A DNA stretch of 61,952 nucleotides, counting the filler, from Hausera hauseri (Eukaryota): NCBI GenBank assembly GCA_046269625.1. It is 11 parts of 11 records of this genome, joined end to end, with 100 filler letters (N's around TTAATTAATTAA, not from the genome) between each part and the next. Parts side by side here need not be neighbours in the genome. Positions count along the whole stretch, not along the records: positions 8,410 to 13,787 come from JBJURY010267286.1; positions 13,888 to 18,686 come from JBJURY010432472.1; positions 18,787 to 23,373 come from JBJURY010515904.1; 8 more parts are not named here. The stretch is one strand, 5' to 3'. The notes under the pieces are model-generated. The model made no database searches and was not told where the DNA came from. It worked only from the letters and a program-made list of their open reading frames with translations. The position numbers were made by a program, and so were the translations under genes. Each line of letters begins with the position of its first letter. Positions within the stretch are counted from its first letter, which is position 1. Below, one piece after another: positions 9,855 through 23,473 of the stretch.

Positions 9855-12800
9855 TTTCAGCCGCCATTGTCCATACGTCCAACTTTTATTTTGCACCACT
9901 CACTTTTGCTTATCATCGTTACATGACAAGGCAACTTTCGCACTAGTTATTGTGTACAGCTGGTGCTCAATTGATCGGATAATCGTTTGAGACACAACAG
10001 CCACTGATTTTCCTTCTTCTGATGCTGCTGCTTCTTCATATATATGGTTATAATCACCGTGGCCGATTTTGGTCTACTTCAGGTGGACTCCTTTTTCCCG
10101 CATTTTCAGTCCACAGTCCATCAGAAGACTGTAAAACTTTGGGCGTAGGAATATCCATTCCCGATACTGAACCCTGCATTCACTTTCATCCTTGAAGCAG
10201 CCGATTTTGTTGGTGATCGCGCTGCTGTACAACGGATTATCCGGTGGGTAGTTTGACGTGTTCAGTAATCCATCTGACTGCATTTGCTGCAGTAGCTGTT
10301 CGCGATTGACTTTTTCCAGCCACAGGAAAAAACTGTCTCTGTCACCGGCAATTATACTAATGTCACAGCCGTCAAACATTTGCCGGTAACGCGCCAAATC
10401 GCGATACTGTAGCTCATACATCCGTAACTTGCTCAGGTCCAATACCACTTGTCCTATGTAACTTGGCAGGTCCAGAACGACTTCATCTCTGTTTAACAGC
10501 ACTGCATCCAATCCATCGGCAATGTGCATTGACCGTCGAAATTGTGCCTTGCTGTTATACGTAACCAGTCGGTTTTCGCTGTTGCATAGGCGTACATTGA
10601 GCCGCTTTTTCAGATTCGCTGCTGTTTTTCCGTACAGAGAATTGTTTTTTAGCTTGTAGTATTCCTTTTCGAACTTTGTACAAGCTACGGCTCGTTTCTC
10701 CGAATTTCCATCTATGTACGCCTTGAATATTGGAGCCTGATCAAATCGTATTGCACGATGCAGCTGTGAGACGCGAACATCCAGCTGCATGTAAAACTGT
10801 AGCAGACGCCAATGGACCACGTAATTCAGCTTCAGTTCAGGCGTCATTAGCAGTTTCTTTACTTTTGAGCCTGGCGGACATTGGTTAAATGGTGCGACCG
10901 CTAAATCGTCCGAAACATCATGCAACTCATCTGGTACCACGAGATCGACCTCCATCAGGTATCCGATTGAACATGTCATGTCTGCTCGTGGTAGGTCGAC
11001 CATTATATCGTCCAGATCTTGTCTGTCGACTACCCATTCGAATGAACCGTACAGCAAGGGTTGCGAAAGCGCTCGGCCGTACAGGTTATTAATATCAATA
11101 TGCAGAAGTGATGTGGTATCGGCGGTAGCACAGACCTGATGCTTGTTGACAAATGCCATGCCGCCGCGAATACCAACATCAAACAGCCGGTACATTTCCG
11201 GTTCTTAGAGTAGCTCAATGTCTCGATCCAGTGACATTAGAGCTGACTCCCAACTCATTCCCGGTATGGAATAGAAGTTTAGTGGCTCTAGCCTATCTTC
11301 AGCCAACGCTTTCGCTCGAAACGCTTGGAACACATCGGCTAATAAGTAAACGTCCAGTTTAAGATACTGGAGCATGTAACCCAACTAGTTTCTACAGCCG
11401 AGTTCTGTTCAACACCTTTGTGCTTTCCGGTATTCATCCTCTGCGATACCTGTTCACCGCGCTGGTAGTTCCTCTGCTGTCCGAAGTCGCTCATACGATG
11501 TTGCAAAGTCATAGGGGAATATGCCTTTGCTGCGTGCAATATGTGCGGGGAACTGCGTTAGTGCTATCGGCACATCTGGAAAGGAATTTACCAGCTTTGC
11601 CAATGATTCATTGAGAAATTTCAATGAATCAAGGAAGCGTACCTGGAACCGGTTTATACGTGTAGACAGTGACAAGTATTTCTCCTTTGTAGTCGGAATT
11701 ATGGATAATTCCCAGTGCGGAAATCCATTTATTGCCCATTTCAAAATATGATGACAATTATAACCCCTGAAATTATGAAATACCACCTTTAAGAATGGCC
11801 GCACGCCTTTCCAAATTGCACGAATTGCATGCTGCTCCGAGATATCGAGCGTAAAATGGTCGTGATCCGGTATGAGCCGTTCCAGTGCGTGGAGCGGTAA
11901 TATTTTTTGTGGCACAGGTAACATTTATCTGTGACTGCAAACGTCAGTCGTTCATTTTCATCTGTCCATATCAAGGATTTATTGCTATTTCTACTGTACC
12001 CGGGTATTATTTCAGTTTCCACTATGGTTCGCAACTTCTGCAAGAAATCTCGTACACAATTCCATCCGTGGAAAACATAATATTGAAGTTGACCTGTAGT
12101 ATTTATTGGGACAACCAACATACCGACGGCGATTGGAACATGTTTTGGTCATATATGTTGTGCCGTGGTAAGATAGCTTCGATGTCGGCATATACTACAT
12201 ATGCCGGACTATCTGTTTTTGACCAATCAGTGAACCTGAGTTCCTGTTTGACGGGCATGACATACATTGTGGTTCCTGCCGAATTTTGTCTGAACAGAGT
12301 TACCTGTTTCTCCCATGTTGTTTCCGACTTGAATCCATGAAGACATACAGGACACCATTTACACTGTATCCGTTTTTGGAGGAAATGGGCATGCTGCATG
12401 TTCAGTATTCTGTCCAGATTTGTCACTGCAACGCAATGATACTTTTCTTTTTGTTTTGGTAGCAACAAATTTACTGAGCGGCCATTAGGGTTCCGACTAC
12501 GATAGATTATATCCACATGAGGATTTTTGTAAATTTCTTCATCTTCCGGTATTTCTACGATTGTGTTGTACCGGAATACGTTGATTGCCAGTGTCAGATT
12601 ACGCCGTTCAAAAGCCGAAATGGATTTCAGTTTCATCGGCATCCAGCTTTCATCGAAATCCAATTCGGAAAAATACTGCCGATACTGTTTTGGACGAGAT
12701 GCATTATGTCTGTTAACTTCATCATACTTCAATACAGCCAGAATACTGTAAAGAAAACAGTATTCATCGTTAATATTTTTACATTCACTACCGCCAGACT

Positions 12801-13000
12801 GCTTCAGAGCTGTAGGTGTCGGTATGAATGATCACCGGACAAATATGCAATTCAACTTTGTTATAAAGCCGAGGGTGACAATTCGTATAATTCGCCATCC
12901 ACTACCCTTTTTCATGTAGTTGGCGATTTTCTCCTCGAGCTTTTCGCCGATGTCGTCAATAAAATGATTGGCATAAAGTACAGCTCGATGTGACAGTTAC
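9855..13000 (-). pseudogene. polB: Polinton/Maverick protein-primed family B DNA polymerase (family A copy 1)
   Basis: IRGG, DINNLYG, KLKNNSLYGKT, GD[R]DS, IGCFKDE, LRPKFYS, DDK. Exonuclease motifs YADIE, FHNFRGY, RFLDS. Many frameshifts. Confidence 0.93.
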
Positions 13001-13251
13001 CATTGTTTCCTGTCACCTTCAATGCTTACAAATTCTGCAAGTGCATAATATTGCATTTTGTAGTGCTGGTGTCGATGTTGGAATTTCTTCATTTCTAATT
13101 CCAACCGGTTGCGCCCATTTTGCGGAACATGATTCAATTGCGTTGCTGTTTTCGCCTACATGTTCGCTTTTATATCCACCTACGATCTGTTTAGATCGCA
13201 CTTGACTGTAATGTCCGGTTGTTCCTGTCGTATCTGTTCCTCTTGCTGCTG

Positions 13252-13787
13252 TTATTGACCATGATGTTGCTCTTCTTGCAGCTCGGTACTGGTTCTGATG
13301 TATTTGTCCAAACTTGTTAATGCCTTACGTTTCCGACTGGTTGTTGTTGTTGTTGAAGGGATGCTGCTGCTGCTGTCAACTTTTGTTGATTCCATTAACA
13401 TTTGTTTTTTCGACCACCACCGCTGAAGCTGGTTTGAGTAGTCCTGGTGCTCATTGTAAAATTGTTCATAGTTGATTTCATCAACTATTGAACAACCAGG
13501 ACAAATATAGGCCCATTTACCGTGCACCTTTGTGGCGCCATAGTATTGCTCCATTGCACTATGGCAACCATCAACGTCGTGCACTATACTTATCTAGTAC
13601 CGTGCGTACATGGGGCAATGCACTAGCATCGTCTTCGACGGTGTAAAAGGTCCGAGATGATGCTTGTGCATCTCATGAAAATCGGAGTACGCACATTTGG
13701 CTGAAATATTACACGTGGTGTCCAGTGTATTACACAGATGTGTCCATTCCAACGTTGTAATATTTCTCCAACTGTTGATGACACTGT
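13252..13787 (-). pseudogene. Hypothetical Polinton ORF upstream of PolB
   Basis: Same strand and immediately upstream of PolB; CxxC motif and basic tail; no recognised family. Confidence 0.3.
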
Positions 13788-14249
13788 NNNNNNNNNNNNN
13801 NNNNNNNNNNNNNNNNNNNNNNNNNNNNNNNTTAATTAATTAANNNNNNNNNNNNNNNNNNNNNNNNNNNNNNNNNNNNNNNNNNNNCAAGCAGGACTTA
13901 TCAAATATCAAAATAGAAAATCGTCCGATTTACCCACCAAATCTGGATTCGTTCGAAATAACTATATACTCAAATATCAAGCTAAATTTTGCAATTGGCA
14001 CACAATTTCTCCAGAGGCTTCAGTGCGTGACAATGTTGTATATTGGCTTTTGCTTCTAACAGCGTTGGCTTTGATTTTATAACGTTCAATTATCTTTCAA
14101 GAAGCTGAGTTTGTTTTTGAGTGCGTTTCCTCTGTAAATTTACTCAATCTAATTTTTGGTTGTAAAAAAATAAAAAACGTTTGTTTTAAATTTTGATTGT
14201 TGAACACCATTTTTACAGTTTTATTCAAATGAATTTGGGTGCTGACAAG

Positions 14250-15560
14250 TGTGAAATTATCGTTACGACTCCAAGGGAATTATTGAATAATACTCGTAGC
14301 CATAGTATTGGCCTTAAACACTTCTCTCATCTGCTAATTGCTAGGTTTTTCATCATGCAAACAAAAGACAACCTCTAATTTATATTAGGGATATGACAAC
14401 CCTTCACATCGACAAGAAAGTCACCCACCATACTTTTCAAAATTCAATTTTAAAATAATTTATATTTCAGCCACATAAAATCTAGTTGCCGATTCTTTAT
14501 CGAGATTAATCAACATCATTGGCGTCACACCAATTTTTCACAAAACAATTGCCTACGATACTTCTAAAACCGATAAAAAGAAGTACATGATTTCTCCGCA
14601 TTTGCCGAAAACTGAATTTTACAACATCTACTCACTTCATCATCCGTGTGCAAAAGAAACCTTTGATCTTCTTTAACGCCAAGTTATTTGGCCGTTGATG
14701 CGTTTAGACGTACAGACGTGAGTTAAGAACTGCGTGGAATGCGACAAATTCAAAATCTACAAGAATTTGAATTCATCACCAGTATCACCTTCCTGTACAC
14801 AACGCTTTGAGTCCAAGCACATTAACCTAATCGGCCCTCTTCTTCCAGACAACAATCCGCAGTTTATACGCATCATTATGTACCACTATTCTGAATGGCC
14901 AGAGGTCATTCCACTACGCTCCACTAACATAGACACCATTGCTGATGTCTTCAACAAAACATGAATCAGCAGGTTTGGCTCACCATGCTTTATAATCACG
15001 AACCTAGGCCCACAATTTGAGTCCAACTTGTTTAAATCCTTAGTCAATCGCTTGGGGATCAAATAAATACACATTTCACTCTATAACCCCCAGACGAATG
15101 GTTTACTTTTAAGATTTCACCACACAATGAAGACCTCACTTAATGTCCTTGCGCAGAGCTCTGGATAACTGGACAGCTCTCCTTCCACTCGTCTTGCTCA
15201 GATGGCAAAATATACTCTCTACCATCACGGATTGTGCACCAGCTAATTCATTGCTTTAGCCTCCCATACGTGAACTTTACGAGTTAACCGATCTTGATGA
15301 CGCGTCGACCAATGAATTTATTTGAACTGCACAGGATCACTTCGAAGCAATAAATAAAGACGCATTTTGCAAAATTGTAAAACAAGTCAAACATACAGAA
15401 TGATCTATAAACAGTCAAATTTGCCTGGCTCCGCAATTCTTCAACCTGTGGTTTTTAGTTATATTACGCTGAGCCATACAAACTTCTTGCTTTATCATCT
15501 CAAACAGCCACAATACTCAGAAACAATAAAGAACACATTGTGCACATCATCAACCTAAAA
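14250..15560 (+). pseudogene. pol: Highly decayed Gypsy RNase H-integrase
   Basis: NLVADSLSR, H..HP...WP.MR.DV...VKNCVEC, INLIGPL, WPEVIPL, YNPQTNG. Confidence 0.8.
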
Positions 15561-16495
15561 CCGGCTTTCTTTGTGGACTATTCCCCTAATGATTCACAAA
15601 GAAATCCCAATCCGCACGCACTTTCCTTGACCCTTTGGTACTGCTACACATCCGTCAGACTCAACGAACCGCACATCACCACCCGATCCAGCTTATACTT
15701 TTTTGCTTCCCACTTCGCACTTTCTAACATTTTCGTGGGCAGCTTCATTCACTCATGATCAATTACTTTACTTCCTTCCCTTGACTTACTGTTACAGGAA
15801 ACAACATCTTATACTGCAAAATCAAACAATTTTCCTACCAAATCACCTCATCAAGCGACTAGAAAAGCAAACACACATCACAAGTCAGTAACATTCCGTA
15901 ATTACGGTAGGGAGTAAAATATTGAAGGAATCTTAACGCCTCTTATACAGAGAAGTTGTATAGGCGAAACATATTTTTTTCACGGTTTCGCCTTTTTTGT
16001 TTCACTGCATAGATGTTCAAATAAGAAAAGTGGGGCGGTGATGTGGTGCCGCAGCCTCAGGCACCACTACCACCACTCGGCAATCAGTCCGACATTTGAT
16101 GCCGTTAGGATTGCGCAACTTCCATTCTATTCCATCGCCCTTTTGGCATTTGTTCGACTGGCGGTCGTACGGTCAGTCAGCAATTTCAGCATATTGATAA
16201 TATCTTAATGAATTCCAGCAATGCTGCTGAATCAACTCCAATATTAACATTTAAACCTGAACTGACGCAACTGAAATCCCACTTTAGTGACAAAAATTCA
16301 TTCCGAAAATATTTCGTATTTTCAGCCGTGATTTGCAAGGTCCGAACAATAATTTAATCACAGAAAGTAGGGGATATAAGGACACGGCATCCATATAAAT
16401 TTCCTATCTCGAGACTCCCCAGGATTGGAAATCAATATTCAATAATCAATATTTTTATATGGGAAAATTTTGGAAATCAATATTTAATATGGGAA

Positions 16496-16638
16496 AGTTG
16501 GGCGCCGTTGTGGTTTCACTATTCCCACTCCCAAGAAAATTTGGGCGCCGTCGTGGTTTCATTATTGCCACTCCCAAAAAATCAATATTTTATATAGGAA
16601 ATTTGGGCGCCGTCGTGATTTCACTATTCCCACTCCCA
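16496..16638. repeat. Three copies of a ~40-bp unit (AAATTTGGGCGCCGTCGTGGTTTCACTATTCCCACTCCCA)
   Basis: Copies at about 16496, 16537 and 16599, with AATCAATATT...ATGGGAAA repeats from about 16428. Confidence 0.85.
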
Positions 16639-16639
16639 A

Positions 16640-18686
16640 TTTGTTTAAATTTTAAATCCTTAAATTTTCCAATTACTGATGCGAAACGGGTAGAATAAAG
16701 AGGGTCTGTAGCATCATAGCTAGAAGTGTACAACTGCTCATTTGCTACCATTGCCGGTAAGAGCTGAGTTCGCAAATCAACTCCACGACACTCAAGAAAG
16801 AAACTGTCAGTGTCACCAGCAACAGTATTTAGTTCACAATTGAACTGATGTTTATATGACTCTAACTTCATGTAATTCAGTTCATACATTCTCAACTTGG
16901 AAAGATGAAGAACAGCCTGTCCGATATATGAAGGTCTATCTAAGGTAGCCATGTCTTTATCGAGAAGAACAGCAACAAGATCATCAGCTATTATAATACT
17001 CTCTTTAAACTGGGCCTTACTAGCATGTCACAAGCTTTCTAGCATTATTACATAGTCTCAAGTTTGACCTTTTTAATAGGTTTTCGACTTTCTTACCATA
17101 TAAGCTATTGTTCTTGAGCTTAAAGAAATCCTTTTTAAAAGGATTTTTTGCTGCAGCCCTCTTATCAGTGTTTAGATCAATGTAATCCTTAAAGACAACC
17201 TTGGTCAAACTCAACAACCCGATGTACCTTCTCAACTACAGCGCCTAACTGAATGTACAACTGTAAGAGGCGATAATGAACAACATAGTTGGACTTACGC
17301 TCATGTGTTAGCAACAATTTCTTTACTTTTGAACCAGGACATCGGTTGATTGTGGCTAGAGGCAGTTGATCCAACTTATCATGTTTGTCAGCCGGAATGC
17401 TTATGTCAACTTCAAAGACTAAACCTCGTTTTTCCCTAATAGTCAATGTAAGGTAATTGTTGGATCAGACTGGTCAAGACGTCCTCATCATAAATCCAAG
17501 TCAGATTCGCAAATGGTAAAGGTTGAGATAAAGCTCAGCCGTATAAATTATTTACATCTATATACAAAAGACTGGTGCTTTCATCTGTTACAATCCTATG
17601 TTTATTTACAAAAGTAATGCGACCGCGAATACAAGGACTGGTTTTCAGTGCTGTTGCCCAACTTAAACCTGGAATTGAGACAAAGTTAGCGGCTTCTAAA
17701 CCATCTTGCAATTTAACCTCTTTTCTACATCGCTCAAAGATATCGCCTAACAAATATACGTCGAGCTTCATATATATCAGCATATAATCTAAAAGACAGC
17801 TGCAACTGTATTTTGACCAAATCAGTTGTGCTTTCTCATAATCGCTCTCAATCACACCATCCCATTTTGCTGGTAAGTCCTTAATCGACTGCAATTCATT
17901 GAAAGATTTGGCTGCAGTATAAGGAAAAATACCTCTTCCCTTAATAATATCTGAAGGAAAAGCCGTTTCAGTCAATGGATAGTTATCTAAGTTTGACGCC
18001 AAAGTCTCAAGTGAAGCCGGCAAAAATTGCAACGAGTCTAGAAATCGAATAGACACAGACTTTTTACCAGAACATTGTATATATTTGCCCGCATTGTTAA
18101 AAATTTCTCTGTCGTTTGTGGAATCACACTCAAGTCCCAACTGTTGAATATACTTACTGCATGTTTCAAGATATGATGGAGATCATAGCCACACAAATTA
18201 TGGAAAATTACAGGCAAATTATATCTAATCTTACGAGCCAAGTTACATTTGTTGCAAGCCGGGCCTAAGAATTTACCTGAAACATGGCAGTGGTCTCGAA
18301 CTAATTGCGAACCGGTTTCATGACAGAGGTAACATTCTGTAGCATTTTTAAAACGAGACCATTCAGCAGATGTTAACGGAATCATGGGTTTTTTGGCATT
18401 CTGGTAGGAAGGAAAAACTGAGGTTTTCACTATGTCTACCAGACAATCTAAAAATTTGACTATACAATTTTCACCAACAAACTGTTTGTATTCAATACCG
18501 GATGATGAAACTAGTAAAAGACCGGCTGCAGCAGGCAATTGAATATGTTTAACCTTTTCGTCAGGACAAAGAACAGATTCAAGGTCGGCATATACAACGA
18601 AAGGCGGACTAATAGATTTTGACCAATCCTTAAATTTACAGAACTTATTTTCCTGCATTTTGTACAAAGTCATACACTATGCTGAA
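16640..18686 (-). pseudogene. polB: Polinton/Maverick pPolB, divergent family B, 3'-truncated
   Basis: YADLES, CYLC..DHCH.SG..LGPACNKC, FHNLCGYD, RFLDS, DVNNLYG, KLKNNSLYGK, GDTDS; ends at IGKFKD. Confidence 0.92.
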
Positions 18687-19314
18687 NNNNNNNNNNNNNN
18701 NNNNNNNNNNNNNNNNNNNNNNNNNNNNNNTTAATTAATTAANNNNNNNNNNNNNNNNNNNNNNNNNNNNNNNNNNNNNNNNNNNNATAGTCACAGTAAT
18801 GATTGAACTGAAAAGTTTAAAATCACAAAATATCGTTATTCACGTCAATGTTTCGGATCACAATCACAGTTAACAACGCATTATCTCTGATTCTCTGGAC
18901 CACGAATCGGACGCCAAAACCGGTCATTCTGGGTTCGGTTCGAAGCTCGAAGTTTGGATCGGTTTACTGTGCAGAAAAATCGCTGAATTTTGGTGATAAA
19001 TTTTTGTTTCAGTGTTTTTAAAATGTGTACTTTTTGATTTTCATTTGATGCTTTTTTGGAATTTTGTTCTGTGGCTTTTGAACTTGTTTTTTAACGGTTT
19101 CGGTTTGGATTGTTATTTTTAATGCGGTTTTCGAATTTGTTTAGCTGGATTCTTAATCTTCAAGTTCATTTTAAATTTTTACTTTTTGGGATTTTTGTTG
19201 ATTGTAGAAATGGTTATTTCTTTCACAGTTTTCAAATTCAAAAGGGGTCAGTTTGGGATTTTGATCGATTTTTGACTTTTTAATTTAGATTTTTTGCTAA
19301 TTAAGAGATCCTAA

Positions 19315-19500
19315 TACTATCGAGGATAAATTTTCTGTTGAAATCAGGGAAACCTAGCATTGGTGGTGTGACTAAGGCTCTTTAAGGCCTCATTACATTG
19401 CTCGGTCCATATCAGTTTCTTGTTATTCAATCCGCATAGTTGTTCCAATGTTTTAGACTTTGCTGCGTAACCTTGGATAAATCTTTTGTAATAGTTGTAG
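19315..19500 (-). pseudogene. pol: Gypsy RT connection-domain fragment
   Basis: NYYKRFIQGYA...LIWTEQCNEA...FPDFNRKFILD. Confidence 0.7.
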
Positions 19501-21375
19501 ATGTTAGATGACTTGTTCATCGTATAAGCGGAACAAAAATATTGCTTTGTTAGTTTCTCCACAAAGCTAAATAAAATTCACGTAACGTATCTCCGAATAA
19601 ACTGGTAACGTATAGAAATTTTCCTTCTATTTCAAATTGTGTTACTAAAATAATTTGATCAAATTGAATATAGTAGTCGAATAAATAATTCAAAATTTTC
19701 ATAATAGTGCTTATATGCACGCAACAAATCAACTAAATCAAATAAACGATTTGATATAAAAACTGCAAAATCAATCGTGATACAAATTCTTAGAAAACAG
19801 AGATCGAGTTAAAATTGATAATAGCAAAAGTCGATTTCTTCGAAGAAAAAAATATGGCGTAAGCTGAAGTCAAATCAAATTGAAAATGCAAAATTGTTTT
19901 ATTTAAATAAAACATTTTGTACACTTAAAAGAATGTCTCAAAAAAGGGTCAATAAATCCGGCAACACCACAATGACTTGTTTTATTTCACTTTGACCACA
20001 TTTTCTGGCTTTTGTTCGTTGACATTTGAGTAAATTGGAAGACATTTTATTGACGGTATGAAAACTATTATGGTTCACGTGTCTTTTATTATTGATCATC
20101 ATACGAAAAACTTCAGCCGAAACTTGGACTTGGAACGACATCTGAAATGTTTAAATTTTTAGTTTCTAAAAACATTGCCCATTCGTCACTGAGAAAACAT
20201 ATTTTTCACTGTCTCTATCTGAATGTGACAATAAAAGTGTTGTCGAGGAAGATTAAATTTGTCTACTATTTATTCATGTCAACGGATGCTGATCGACCAT
20301 TTTAAACACCAACGAACAACGAGAAATATGGCTATTTGATGAATTGACTAGAAAGTACAACTGGTTGTGGTACCGGGTCTTAATGAATTGACTGAGAACT
20401 GCCAACGAGTGTTTAAACCTCCGTAGATGTTGCTTCCTAACGACGATAATTTTGATTTCGAACACTTCGAGTCTGACTTTGAAGATATCGATGATAATGA
20501 AAGTAATTGCGAAAATCTTGCGACCGAAGATCAAGGATTATATGTGACGACTGTTTTTTATCAGCACAACATGACAAACTGAAGACTTCTTCAAGCCATT
20601 GTCATCAGTAAAATAAAAAATTAATTTCCACGCCGTTGTTAAAGAATAAAATGAAATTTTTGGAAAGTTTCGGCGGCTCAAGTTCGTTGAATCGGCTGAA
20701 CGAAACTTAGTTAGGATTGGATTCTGCTATGAACTTTTCTAAATGATTCTTCCACGATTGATATATCCGACAATTTGTTTAGTGGTCTGGAAAGGTCAAT
20801 CAAAATGAATAAATGTCGCATCGGGAATGAGAACATTGATACTTTATCGATAAAACAAAATTTTCTAATGATGGAACTGTTGGGAAGAATTTTGGAAATA
20901 TGTCAACTGACTTATTTCTTTCATTGAGCAAGATTTTGAATTAAATTGCTGCGTTGTTATTTTATTGCCTTTCGAAACGTTGTGACGATTAGGTTTCGTG
21001 ATGATATTTTGAAGGTAGGTTTGTAATAAATCTGTATTTGTCGTAGCACTTTCAGAATCATTTTGGTTTGGCATCAAAAGATTAACGTTATGACTGGAAT
21101 TATGCCGCTGTTTTATGGTGCAGTGATTTGAAAGGCACGGCTCATCAATTACGCGGCTACTGTTTATGTCATGGAGTGGAATAGAATTTATATTTAAAGA
21201 TAAGTCTAAAGTGTGTATTGGTTCTGATTTAAAGATAATCTTCTCGTCTAATTCGACGGATTAAATTTATAAGGTGGAGAGTCGGACCCGACTATCGATC
21301 CAATACGGTGACAGCGGACGCCCGGCCGTGCCCAACTAAATGGGCCAAAGGGCACCGGCCGCGGTGGGCACCACA

Positions 21376-23373
21376 GCAGATCCCTAAGAAACTTCTCCAA
21401 TTTTTGACACATTTTGGTTTCTCAAAGGACTTAGTTGTTTCCAGTTTTGATCGGTTTGTCTGTATCCACTTGTCATTCACTATATGCCCTAAAAATTTTA
21501 CTTTTTTCTTCAGGATGTGATATTCCTCATGGTTTACTCTGAGACATGCTTGCCTGATCCTCTGCAATACCTTTTCCAGTATCCTATAATGCTATTTTAG
21601 AGTCATCTAGGTATACCACTGTTTGTTCAATATCTTCTAGTACTTTATTCATTAGTTTTTGGAAGGTTCCCGGGGCTGCTAATATACCGAATGACATCCT
21701 ATTGAAACAGAACTGCCCTAATTTAGTGGAAAACGCCGTCTTCAAATTGAAGTCTTCCTCTAGCTCGACTTGGTAGGATGCGTTGCCTAGGTCGATTGAC
21801 GTGAAAAACGTGGTCCCGTATAACCTGTCCAATATCTCTACCACGTTAGGTATGGGAAAGGCCTGCCGTTCCGTTATAAGATTCAGCTGTTTGAAGTTCA
21901 GGCATATTCTGACATAGTTCTTGTCTTTCTTCAATACGCATATTATTGGTGTATTCCATGCTGAGTTACATGGCTTGATAATATCGTTTTCCCATAGGTT
22001 TCGGATAGTCTCGTCGATCTTTTTTTCTAGGTTTACTGGTTGCCTGTGAGGTTTGATATTGATCGGCGCTCCTGTCGTGTCTATTCGGTGTTTGATGAGA
22101 GATGTGCACCCTATGTCCCACTTGTCGGCCATGAATACCTCTGGGTATTTCTGTATAATGTTGAGTAGCTCTTTGTTGTCACTCACCTGAAGAGCTTCCT
22201 TCGCCCTGTTGACTTGTTCTTGGTTAGTCACCTTACGGTTGAACTTGGCTACCAGGTTGCATATATCTTGCTGTAATGTTTCCGTTTCCACGCGTTTCCA
22301 TTCCAGTTCTATTGCGAATGCCTTTTTCAGGTCCACACCACCTATTATTTTTGGGCATAATTCCGATACGACCAGAAATGTCACACGTCTCCTTAGACCC
22401 TTAATTTCTACGTCTGTTGTAAGTGTGTCCAGGCAGTCTAAGGGGCTATTGTTCGCGCATCGTAGTGTGGTATCTGATTTCTCTATGTGTGTTTGCAAAT
22501 TTATCTACGATCTTTTTGCTTATGACGTTTACCCTGGACCCTGTGTACAATAAGCAATCTTCCCATCGGTCTTGTATCTTTAATTTGATTCCTGGTCACC
22601 CATTAAACTTCCTGTATGATATCTGTTCGACATACAATTCGTCCAGCGTGAAGATCTGCGTATCGTTCCCACTTTCCTCTATTCTGTTGGAGGATACTTC
22701 CTGGAAATTTTTCGTTTCCACAAATTTCCGTACCTTATTCTTGTGTCCTTTTATCCATCACTATATCTTCGTGTCCCCTTCTTGATCCGTCTATACTGTT
22801 TCATATAATATTACTATTATACATAATAATATTCTGGGAGACTGACACGATTGTAGTGTCCCATTTGCTCCACTTCTACCGGAGCTCTGCGTTTTGGGGC
22901 AACTAACTCCTGTTCCGATTTTGCTTCCTCTTCTTCTACGTTTGCGACGTTGCCCCATCTTCTGTTCAGATAATCCCCATACCTTCTTTCCACTTTGTAT
23001 GTATCCCATCCTGGTTCTCTTTTCCCTCCATCCTGGTGTAGCACTCCTTTTTGATATGTCCCCTATGGTGACATCTTGCACAGCTAAGGTTTGTACAATT
23101 TCGTCTGATGTGCCCTGGCTGACAACATCCGTAGCATCTTATTGGTTTCCTTTCGGGACACTGCCTGCCTATGTGTCCTTCTTTTTCGCATCCAAAGCAT
23201 TTTATCGGTCTCCGTACGGTGCAAGGTCTGCTCGTATGTCCTTCCTTCTGGCATGTTTAACACATTAATCTACTATTTGATGTTCTAGTTGGGTCTTGTT
23301 GATTCTAGGAACGGATTTCCTGATATTTTGTGCTGCCACTTCCTGGTAGCTTCTTCTACCGATCCCCGGATAC
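21376..23373 (-). mobile_element. Decayed Ty3/Gypsy gag(CCHC)-protease-RT fragment
   Basis: Zinc-knuckle remnants, CLL[Y]TGSRVNV protease, DLGNASYQV, YLDD, RSFLG. Close paralogue of 55640-57763. Confidence 0.92.
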
Positions 23374-23473
23374 NNNNNNNNNNNNNNNNNNNNNNNNNNN
23401 NNNNNNNNNNNNNNNNNTTAATTAATTAANNNNNNNNNNNNNNNNNNNNNNNNNNNNNNNNNNNNNNNNNNNN

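Noticed and set aside
16496-16638. CRISPR-like array
   Set aside because: Only three units, spacers of about 1-20 nt that are themselves repetitive, eukaryotic context and no cas genes.
19560-21260. Possible decayed host gene (Ser-rich frames, minus strand)
   Set aside because: Multiple stops, no recognisable domain and no defensible exon model.
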